Below the pieces are notes generated by a model, which was not told the origin of the DNA, searched no databases, and saw nothing but the letters and a program-made list of their open reading frames with translations. Made by a program: the position numbers and the translations under genes. A DNA stretch of 64,000 nucleotides, from positions 1 to 64,000 of the forward strand of contig NW_026515702.1 of the NCBI RefSeq assembly GCF_025526975.1. The letters are read 5' to 3'. How positions within the stretch are numbered: position 1 is the stretch's first letter; every line of letters starts with the position of its first letter. The DNA comes from Fimicolochytrium jonesii. Taxonomy: Eukaryota. Below, piece after piece: positions 38,133-48,200 of the stretch.

Positions 38133-41100
38133 CTACTGACATGGTCCCCTATACTGAATGAATTCTTTCAAAACCGCCTTGGTGGACTCCGCCAGCTTTT
38201 TTATGCTCTGTTGTTGCATCTTCAAAACAAACAGTCCTGCCGAATGCTCTTGGTTCCCTAATCGGCGGTGGATTTTGCTTTGGGTCTGGCCAGGGCTGCC
38301 TTGCGCTGTGACACCCAGGTCTGCCTCCGAAATGCAAATCTCCCGACAGACAGCCAAATAGTCGCTAATGTCCCCAGTCTCCTGTGCAAGGTTTGCGATA
38401 TTTATGGCAAGTCGCAGATTCCGACGACTCACTTCGGCTACCAATTTGTCGGCTTCTTTCACCGTCAGGAGGAATGTCATTCCGCCATAGACCATCCCCG
38501 GTTCTACACACACAGTGACTCCACAACGCTCCCCAAACTCTGCGATCTCGCGGAATATGGCCACGGTAGTCGGGTAATCCCAGCCCAGTTCGTAATTGTG
38601 TGTTGTTGGTGGTGCGGCACCCGACTCCTTCCGATTCGATAGAACTATCTGTTTGGCACCGAGCCAACGAGCTAGCAGGCAAGCTGACTGTGCCAGCTCG
38701 ATAAAGTGCTCCTGCTGCTCGTTTGGTTCCAGAAGGTTCAATGGGTCATTCAACGCGAGAATGGAATGGAGACTGACTATTGAGAATCCCTTCGTCGCCA
38801 GATCCTGCGCGTAGTGTTCGGCAGATACTTCGTCTATTTCCAGCCAATTTGGCCAAATTCGTGTTGGGTCGATCGACAGCTTCGAAACGCCGAAAGCCGA
38901 TAGTATATGGAGTGCAATCACATCCTGACCCGGCAACCAACACGAGTTGCTCACGGCTAGAGTCGATGCAAGTTTTCGACGCAAGTGCCGCTTCAAGTCG
39001 CTCAATGTATCGTTCTTGGGGATCAAGTAAGGCTTGTCCATTCCCCACAAAGCCGCATGCGCAGTCTGCAACTGGGATGGGAACAACTCCTCTGCGGGCC
39101 CGTGGCGAGGAGCGCTTCGATGCACATGGTTTTCATTGCGACTCCAGAGGGTTTCTGCAATATCCTCTAGGAGTATCGGTTCCGGTGCCAGGTTGATAGT
39201 CTTGAGACCCGCAGCGCTGGCTATCTCGAGATCCGGCCATAAGCGTGCCATCGGGTAGAATTGGTACAATCTGGAAGGTTGCTGCTCCGTGACGACTTCA
39301 CTCGTGATAAGCGTCAGTGCCGCATCCAGATCTCCGCCATAAAGGTTGGGTACTCTTGCAATGAGGCTGCAGGGAAACTGCTTCCTCACAAATGCCTCTA
39401 TGAGCAAGCTACCTGATGACGCACTTCCCTCTTTGAGAGGAAGGAAGTCATCGGTAACGAGCTGCTCTGGCGGCTCCCCTTGCACCTCGTTGCCGTCCTT
39501 CATAGATGTAACAAGGAAAAATCTGTTGCAATTAACGTATCGAAGGTGAGATTTCAAAGTCTCGGCATAGTACCGCTCTTGCTCTTGCGGATCATCTGCC
39601 TGATGCTCTGTTTCCTCGTGAGCGATGCGTCGATGGCGGGGATGCACGAAGCCATCGGGAAGGATGCATAATATCGTATCGAAAGAGCATCCGACGATAT
39701 CAGCAAGATGGGACACGTCGAACTTCTCCGCGAAGTCATCACCGAACACTTTCCCCCATGCGGTCCGCTGGCGAGACCTGGTCACTATCAACGCTTTCCC
39801 TTTCAGTTGAGATGAGGAGCTTAGCTGTCCGCGCTGCGGCCGCGTGCGTTCTTTGAGCCACTGCATCACCATGTTCTCGGCGTGGAAAACGCCAGTAATC
39901 TTCCCTCCGAACAGACAAATTGTGCGTGCAGTATGGTGTTCCACACATTCACGGTTCGCAGAGCTGCTTTTTAGCTTGGTTTTGCACGAGACAAAGTGCC
40001 CAGCGTAGTGGTAGTCCTCGCTAAATCCCTGTATAAAGTGCTGCGCCTGTTCTTCAAAGAGCGGTCGGAGTTTTTGCGCGTCCTCCTCGGTAAACGTTTT
40101 CATGAGAGCCTCAGCGTCGGCCGCCTTTTCAAAGCGCCCCAGTGGTGTGTGTGGCACGCTTGTTAGAGTATACAAAAGCTGACCGTCTTCGCCGCGGTAC
40201 TCGAAAAGAGAGATGAAATCGCCATCGATGATAGTATAGCTCGCCGGTCGTGTATGGTGGTGCGTCGATCGGTAGAGCAATGTGAGGCAAGGCTCAAAGT
40301 AGCAGGGAATGCGCTGACTGGATGTCATATGATTATACGTGCAGTCTATGGTGAAGTCGAATTGCTGCCCGTTAACCAAGACGCCGGATTCTCTCTCCTC
40401 AAAGCTAGTTACGGCAGTGTTGAACTTGACGCTTGAACCAAGTAAGCTGGTGAAGTACTCTTGGCATCGAACTGGCAGGAAGTTTTGTTCAAAACATCGA
40501 AGGACACCCTGCACATTCCTCAGATTGTAGTCGCCATTGTTTACGAGCTCAAAAGCTAAGCCACTATGATTGGGAGCAAGGTGAGGGAAAGATTAGAACG
40601 GGGAGAAAAAGCGTTCATGGTCGCTTGTATCTATCGATAAGACGGACGCACCTGGCTCGCATGATTTGGGTTGTAGTTCCCAAATCCAAGATGCTGTCGT
40701 TTGCGACGCCGTACAGGTTCTCGTGTATATAACTTGTCAGGTGCGGATATGTCTCACGCATTAATCGAAATCCCTTCAAAGTCTCGCTTCGCGTGTTTGC
40801 CGAGCGCGCATAGTGGAAGCCTTGATGAAGCCGAAACTGGTTCCAACGTGATGCTTCCATGAATAACTTGGCATTCCGCTCGAAGAGTGTCACTTCATAT
40901 CCTTGTTCTAGCAGCACCTTTGTGAGGTGGCACCCATACCAGCCACCCCCAACAATGGCGATGGATAACTTCCGTGCATGTCGGGAAGCTAGTTCTTGCC
41001 GAGACAACAGTCTCTCCAAGGGTACCACTGGAGGCGACTGAGATCTCGCGATTAGGGAGCTGTTTGGGCTGTTATTTGCTCCCTTGGTTTGATCTGACAC

Positions 41101-41175
41101 TATCTCTGTAATCTTCTTCAGCGCTGGCCCTTGGTTCGGGTGCTTCAGGCCTATGACCTTTGGAGGATCGCGCAT
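38133..41175 (-). CDS. Three-domain fusion: FAD-dependent oxidoreductase + degenerate NAD(P) epimerase-like domain + degenerate sugar-isomerase TIM barrel; join(41175..40652,40563..38133), ~984 aa
   Basis: IAIVGGGWYG, NQFRLHQGFHYARS, DCTY, FGGKITG; then ARVPNLYG, YQFY..RLWPD..INLAPEPI; then LAVSNSCW, VCVEP..YG. Confidence 0.8.
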
Positions 41176-41896
41176 GTTGATTGTGGTGAATCTATGTCGA
41201 ATGTCTGAAAGGGAGTCCGCTACGTTCCTCTTCTAAGGCTGCCGTCTTGCTTTGGCCACGTCTTGACAGTGAACCAGCCTGGAGCGCTGGCTTCGGTCGC
41301 TATGGATCTGAGAACTTTGTCTCCGTCAGAATCACCGCTACGAAGCTGGTGATATTTGCTCGCACACCTCTCCCTTCTGTGCGCCACCGTATGAGGATTG
41401 ATACGCTTAACTTATAGCGGACTTTCTTGATCAAGCTTAACTCTCACCCGACCGTACTATGCTCAAAGAGTGCCACCAACCTCATCTATACATACGCGGT
41501 TTTACGTGATCTTGATGCTTACGTGATACGCGTGAACGCGGCATTCGGGACTGAGTGCGCACGCGATAAAAACCGCTCCGCAAGGATCTCCTCCAACGAA
41601 CCCTAATACGTTAGCCAGAAACTCCCATTGCAAACGGTTTTGTCGAATCTTTGGCCGTTGACCGCACATTGTGATTTAGTTCTGCTCTGGTGAAGCGAGT
41701 GGAAAGAGCTCCCCGCACTCTATTTTGCCACGATTTCGAGTTATTAGGCAACTTTTGCGTTTACGAAATCCACGTTTCATTCAACCGTGCCCCGTCCTCC
41801 GATACCCAGAAGGTGTTCACTGCTCCCAGTCAGTGCGTTTCAAAACAGTATACCTCCGCGACACCGATGTGAATAGATATGCAGTCTTCTACGGAC

Positions 41897-43702
41897 TTAA
41901 AGACCAAAGTATATATCTTTCACAAGGTGGACTGCGGTTTTCACACGCTGAATATTGTCTTCACCGTTTTTCATCTCGACACTCAACTTGATGGGGCGGT
42001 CCCAGATGGTTCTCTTCAGAAGCGTCGCAAAAGCTGCATGGTCACATTGGGGTCTGCTGAAGTCCTCCAGGTATGGTTCGCTAATGTGGACATGGAAGAT
42101 TATATCTTTCGCCTCTTGAAGGACCGAGAATATGTCGTCCTTTGCCAAAGTCATGCAAGCTAGATCGACGTGAAGCAGAAAGCCCGGATGCCCGACTCTG
42201 CGGACGGCGGCCGCGGCTTGCACAGCATTGTAAAGATAGTCGCAACCGTATTGAGGGGGGTTCGCCTCGAGACAGATGACGACGCCTCTCGACTCGGCGT
42301 ACATGGCTAAAGCGGACCAGATTTCATCGCCCAACTTATGGCACTCGTCTTCAGTCTTGCCCTGCCTCAGACGGTTTTTCGGAGCTCCAACAACGATAGC
42401 AGCGGGGCGAGTTCGCTTATGACTTTCGGAAGCGTTCTGATGAATGGTACTACAGAGTTCGATGACGAATTTCATGTGATCGAGAAAGGCGGTCCGCTGC
42501 TCGTCGTTTCCTAGGAGCAGGCACGCAGGGCGATCAAAGAGAACCGCCTGAAATGAAGGAACTGAAAATCCTTTCTCTTTCAAGAGGCGGCCAAACTCGG
42601 CTGCACGGCCGTCCGCCAGGGCGTTGTGACATTCAGGCCACGAGTTCCAAATCTTTGTAGGAGCAATCTCCAATTGGCGAACGCCCGACTCGCTGAGAAA
42701 CCGAAGAACCGAATTGCTCTCGGCTTCATCTGTCCATGACCACGCGATGTTCGAGATGACAAACTTTTCGGCAAGGATGTGATGCTTCACAAATTTTTGG
42801 ATCATGTCAATCGACTGGGATGCGGAGTAGATGTAATTGGGCACAGTAGACCCAAAGTAGGTTGCATTCTTGGTCTGGATGCGGTATACAATCCCCGGAG
42901 CGCTTTCGCCCACCTGCGGCACCTTGCCCAGCACCTAGAGTGTGTGTACATATGTGTGTGAACAGTCTTTAGCATATGCGCGCTGAGCCTAGAAGGCAAG
43001 GGCCCCACTGATGCCATCAAGTGGGAAATCCAGTCCCCTCACCTCGGGGGTCACTGCCTGGGTTTCTTCCAAAACCCTCAAGATGTCATGCGTCCAGATT
43101 GGCTCCGGGAAAAGGTTAACCAATGTCAAGTTGACTGCCAAAGCTGTTTTGATGTCGTCCTCCAATCTTGTCAGGTCATACCACTGAAAGCAACTGTTGC
43201 GCTTGATAGCTTCGGGATTATTATTGTTCAAAAGATCGTACAAGTAGTTCTTCTTCAGGTGGGGCCCGTGAAGAGCAGGCAGGCGTACTATCAGGAGATG
43301 GGGGAAAAGCTCCGCCATCCACTGCTCAAACATATATCGATGCTTTCCGTAGGGGTGATGAGTCTGAATGCTGGTGGAGAGGTCGGTCTGCTCGTCTTGA
43401 TCGTCCTTTGCCAGGTTGTATACGTCGATGGTAGATATAAGGACGAAGACTTTGGCTTGAACGGTTGAAAGAACTTCGCGAAGCTGCGAGAGGGTGGCAA
43501 GATCTTGTTGAGGATTCTGGTTGATCTTCCACTTTTCCGCGGGGCAGGCTGCAAAGTAGATCTCGTCATAGGACTTGCCACAAAGGGACTTGATGTTCTT
43601 AGAGTTGTAAGTGTCGGTGAAGGTGCGCTGCTCGAGGAGGTTGCTTCCGACGAGACCGGTGTACCCCACCAAAGCGGAAAGTTTAGTCTGGCTAGCTGCC
43701 AT
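41897..43702 (-). CDS. Two-domain fusion: NAD(P)-dependent epimerase/reductase + xylose-isomerase-like (AP_endonuc_2) TIM barrel; join(43702..43043,42934..41897), ~565 aa
   Basis: ALVGYTGLVGSNL, PAEKW, LISTIDVY, YGKHR, IVRLPALHG..KKN; then ISNIAW, LEIAP, VGAPKNR, CLEANPPQYGCDY, HVHISEP. Confidence 0.85.
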
Positions 43703-44445
43703 GTTGAATGCCGTCAGGGTATATATGCGACGATACTGACTCGGAAGTGTTGGTTAAAGGGAGCTAGCTGCTCATCAGCGTAGAAACGGTTGGCCATCCT
43801 AGTCCAGATCCTAGTCGTGGGGCTCGCGTGTTGCGCAGCGGAATGTTACGTAAGCGCGCGGGTGGCGCATGTCGCGCAGCCTTTCCCTTATGTAGTGAAG
43901 TTTTTTCTTTCTTGAGAACTGACCCCGTCGAAGGGACCAACCCCCGCACTACAGTACTTCATATGTTCGCGGGGGTCGTGATAAGGCGCCAGGTTGACCT
44001 CTCCACCCACTCCCGGTACGTATTAGCGGCAGTTGATCAGGACAATGTGAACATCCTGTTGATTTATGGTCTTTGATTTTTCAATCAGCTGGGTGCATGG
44101 TCCGTTGAAATGCCTTTTTCAATCGATCTTGGCCGTTTCGGAGTAAGGGAGGCCGTCTCTCAATGACCATTAGCGTTTTCGATCTTGTGTGTGAGTTTGG
44201 GTTGCTGCTGCATACGCATCTTAACGCACCTTCATAAACGCTCACTGCGACTTTAATTCGTTGTCGCAGCTCAAAATGGCGAAAACCATCTCGCCCCGTC
44301 CGGCCTTCTCCGCAAAAGCAAGAAATCATTCGCGGCAACCGCCCTCGCGTCCTCATCGGACGCAAGCAATCAGAGCTCGCAATAACCTTTCCCGCCGCGG
44401 CACCTCTTTCGTGGAGGCCGCCACAGCCCACCACTTGACGGTCTA

Positions 44446-44535
44446 CAGTAGGCTGCCAGATATCTCGTTACGACGGGTTGGTGATGTGTCCTTGCTCTCG
44501 TAACCTCTCGTAACCAGATATTTGGCAGCCTACTG
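44446..44535. mobile_element. 90-bp Tc1/mariner-type MITE
   Basis: TA|CAGTAGGCTGCCAGATATCTCGTTACGA..TCGTAACCAGATATTTGGCAGCCTACTG|TA: 28-bp inverted termini with 2 mismatches, CAGT ends and TA flanks. Confidence 0.7.
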
Positions 44536-45824
44536 TACAGTAAGGCTACCGCGCTACCGCGTCGCCATCGCCGCGACCGCCATTCCGTTGGAACAGATTC
44601 ATTTGGCCTAAGTTGTTCGCTTGGGGCTGGGATCTGCGGCTCCGCGGCTGCCTTCATCTCTTCCATTAACTTACTCGGATTCCTCTCCAGTTACAGTGGA
44701 CATGGCAAGGAAAATCTTCTTCTCGCCTTTGTGATGCGGTCAAAATCATCCTTCCGATTGCAGCGATCGCCTTCTTCCCGCATCAAACCCCTCACCCTTC
44801 TCAGCTCATCACCATTTCCCTGGGATTGGGCTGCTTTGGGACAGAAGCTGCGGCCCAGCCAGCTTTGGATCACCTTGGGGCTGAACGCAGGTAAGCTATC
44901 CTCATTTATGGTCGGATATGAATGTGACTTGGGTGGTATCAGGGTTATATAATCTCCTTCATGAACTAATCGTATCTTTTTTTATATCCTTATTACCAGC
45001 TGGTTGGGTCGTAGCTTGTGCGTAGACCTCTAGCACACGACCCTTGAGCTCGCCACAGGTTCCTTCATCGGTCCACCCTCAGGGCAAACGGGAACCGGAA
45101 CGGCCGTGCTTGTCGTCACATCGGCATCAGCAATGCTGTGGCAGCTGCCGCTATCGCTGTCCCTTGCGCTCACCTTGCCCCGAATCACCACCATCTGCGC
45201 ACACTCAAATTACCGCCAACGATGTACTCCCTTCGCTGTCGAGCAGCCCGCTGCAGTTGGGGGATAGTTTGAGGGAGGTTCTGGAGGGAGATATGCTTGA
45301 GGGAGGAGATGAGTACTCGTCATTCGTTTTTGACGTGGGACTGTGGGATTCCGGGGTAGTTAGGGCGGGCCTCGCTGCGGGACATGATGGAGATTGCAGT
45401 GCGACCTCACGAGATTAAGTCAGTGGCGGTTACTGACTGTACGAGTAACGCAGGCGTGGGGGTTGGGATTCTCGATGGGGCTGTTTTGGGAGTGGTTTCC
45501 AACTCCACATTCGTTCGTCGAACCCTGAAACCACTCCTCACCATCGCGGGTACGGTCGGGCCGCCGATCCTCCTCTCGTTCGCCGCCAACGGCAAAATCG
45601 AAAATCAAACCCGCTGACTCGATCTGCACGAAGCTGGCCTCGGCACAAGCGACGAGAAGTCGCGATGCACACGTTCGCACCCACACCGCCATTCCTCCGC
45701 TGCCCGCCCGCCCCTTGGTTTTTGTCCTCGCGCCTCCCCCCCCCCCCCCCCCCCCCTTTGGCTGCGCCCCGGCCCCAAGTGGGATGCCCTCGCGGCCCTC
45801 CTCCATCCCCTCCGCCGAGAAATC

Positions 45825-46216
45825 GCCCATCGAGCTGGGGCAGGACTTCGTGCATCTCCACGGAATTGGAGATAGGCTCATATCGACCAAAATGCCGAAA
45901 TCAAGCAAATCCGCCGACTCCCGCTTTACGCGCCTCTCCTCCGCTCAGGCGAAGAGGAACCGGAATGCCCGGGCCCGGGCCCAATCCGCCATCCGCGACG
46001 CTGTTGCCGCTGCTCCAACGAGGAGTTGCCCATCGACCTGGCGCAGAACTTCGCGCATCTCCACGGAACTGGAGGTTGGCTCATATCGACCAAAATGCCA
46101 AAATCAAACAAATCCGCAGACTCGCGGTTTACGCCTCTCTCCTCCGCTCAGGCGAAGCGGAACCGGAACGCCCGGGCCCGGGCCCAATCCGCCATCCGCG
46201 ACGCTGTCGCCGCTGC
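45825..46216. repeat. Direct tandem duplication, ~190-bp units with period 203 bp
   Basis: GCCCATCGA..GGCTCATATCGACCAAAATGCC..GCCCGGGCCCGGGCCCAATCCGCCATCCGCGACGCTG starts at 45825 and again at 46028. Confidence 0.9.
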
Positions 46217-46899
46217 CGCCGCCCCCATCTCCGCCGGTCCCGCCCTCGCTCCCCCCACCACCACCACCACCTCCTCCTCCTCCTCCACCACCACCACCAC
46301 CACCACCCACAGTGTCGCTGCCGCCGCTGAGGCCAGCTCCTCCGCCCCCGCCGTCGCCGCCCCGGACCTGTCCACCATCCCGGGCATCGACGCCTGGGCC
46401 GAGCAGAGGAGCCGCCTCGGCCGAGCAGAGGAGCGCAAATCCCGCGACGCTGTCCGCCGTCGCCGCCACCGTCTCCACCGGTCGTGCCGCAGTCGCCCTC
46501 GCTGCCCCCACCATCACCACCACCACCAAACACCCACAGTTCCGCTGCGGCCGCCGAGGCCAGCTCCTCCCTTCGCTGGTTTGTCCACTGGTTGAGGTAG
46601 GTAAGCCATCCGTAAGGAGTTCGCGGTGGTGGGCTGCCGAATAGCGAATATCCGTATTCATGAACGTCCTTCGCGTTTTCTTAGGAGACTCGTGGACGGG
46701 CCTCCTGCCGTCGTTACCGCCCGCACCGTGTTGGCAAAGGCCGAGCAGCTTGAAAAGGAGAAGCAGAAGACTGTGCGTATGCAACAAGGACTTCCAGCCA
46801 GTACGTACCTAGCGACTTCGAGCAAATTCACGTCAGAAATGCAACCCCTCTTACAAAGACATTGAGGTAGGCAAATCCGCAAGATATACTGCTGTGGGC

Positions 46900-48200
46900 A
46901 TTACACTGCGGCGGAGGAAGCTCTCACAAGTCATGGCTCCTCCCATGATTGTGATAAGGATAGGGGCTGCCGGGCGTCAAGAGACTGTATTACATGTAAC
47001 TCTTGGTAATACAATCTCTTGAGAAATCGCCATTGGGAAATGGAATGGCCGTCGTTGTACATCGGGGTCCTTATGTTTACAGTACCCGGTGCATCCGGCT
47101 AGGGCGCATCGTGCACGAATCATTTTTAACGGTTTGGTGGGCACCCGCTACAAAAGCCACCCTACTCGGTTGTGGCTGGATTTCTGATGCAGTATGAGAC
47201 CAGCCGCGTTCGTTCATGGTTCCTGTCGCCTGGTTGCCACCAAACCTTCCTTTCCGGTGACCTTTATTCGCCGAGCTCCTTTCTTCCAATCATCCAATAA
47301 CCTCTAATCTGGTTGATGGCTCTCCAACAGTTTCCCCCATCACCTACACAGAATGACATCCATGCAGCTCCATATTCCCGACGCAGAGTGTACAAACATG
47401 TCGGCCGTTCACGGGATTCATCTGGACGTCATCTTCACGTTAATATATCCAAGCAGACTTGGGAAAGTGCCCTCGCCCTGCACACCGTCCCCACGACAGA
47501 TACCTTGACATGACCAACCAAACTGGAATCTATCCCCAACGCACAATGGAATGGAACGCTCATCACACATGAATTCTTCCAGCGCTTCTGGATCAGAACA
47601 ATGTATATAGCTGTTTCCGGCCATATGCCTAGTACCTTCCCGAGAGAACCAGCCAGCCGATTTCTTGCGGATCTACTCGCACGCCTGCGCCATAAAACGT
47701 CACCATCGGCAGGCCATGTCCAATACTCATGCCACTCGTGCCATATACTACTGTAATATCCACCTCTGGCTCGCGGGGCGCGATCCGGAGGCACGTCGGA
47801 AGATTTCCCTGGGCCCAGGGAGCTATCAACGCGCGACCATGGGCACGAGGACCTGCAATTTATCCTCCTGACGGCAAGAGAAGGCCTTGAGGCCTGTCGT
47901 TCGGTCTTTGGGTCCACGCTGAAAGAATTCGGGCCAAGCTGGAAGACCTCATTGAGAGATGGACATAGGACGTGCACGCAGTTCCGTCCGTCGCGTCTTT
48001 CCTTCCGCCGACTTCCGACCAGATTCTCAAGCTCATCGTCGCCGTCGTTGCCAGACGTCCTGCACCCGCTTTGCACACACCAGGGCTTGACCCAAATAGG
48101 CGTCCAGCACTGGATGGATTTGTTACATTGAGCAGACGTCTGAGCGCTCAAGGCTGGTCAATGGCCAAGACGGGGCATTCTTACGATGCGCAAATTATAT
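46900..48200 (+). mobile_element. Possible heavily decayed DIRS/Ngaro-like retroelement (RNase H and tyrosine recombinase traces)
   Basis: Broken-frame motifs GASG*GA (~47085), YLP..ENQPADFL (~47635) and LSAQGWSMAKTGHS (~48150). Weak evidence. Confidence 0.3.
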
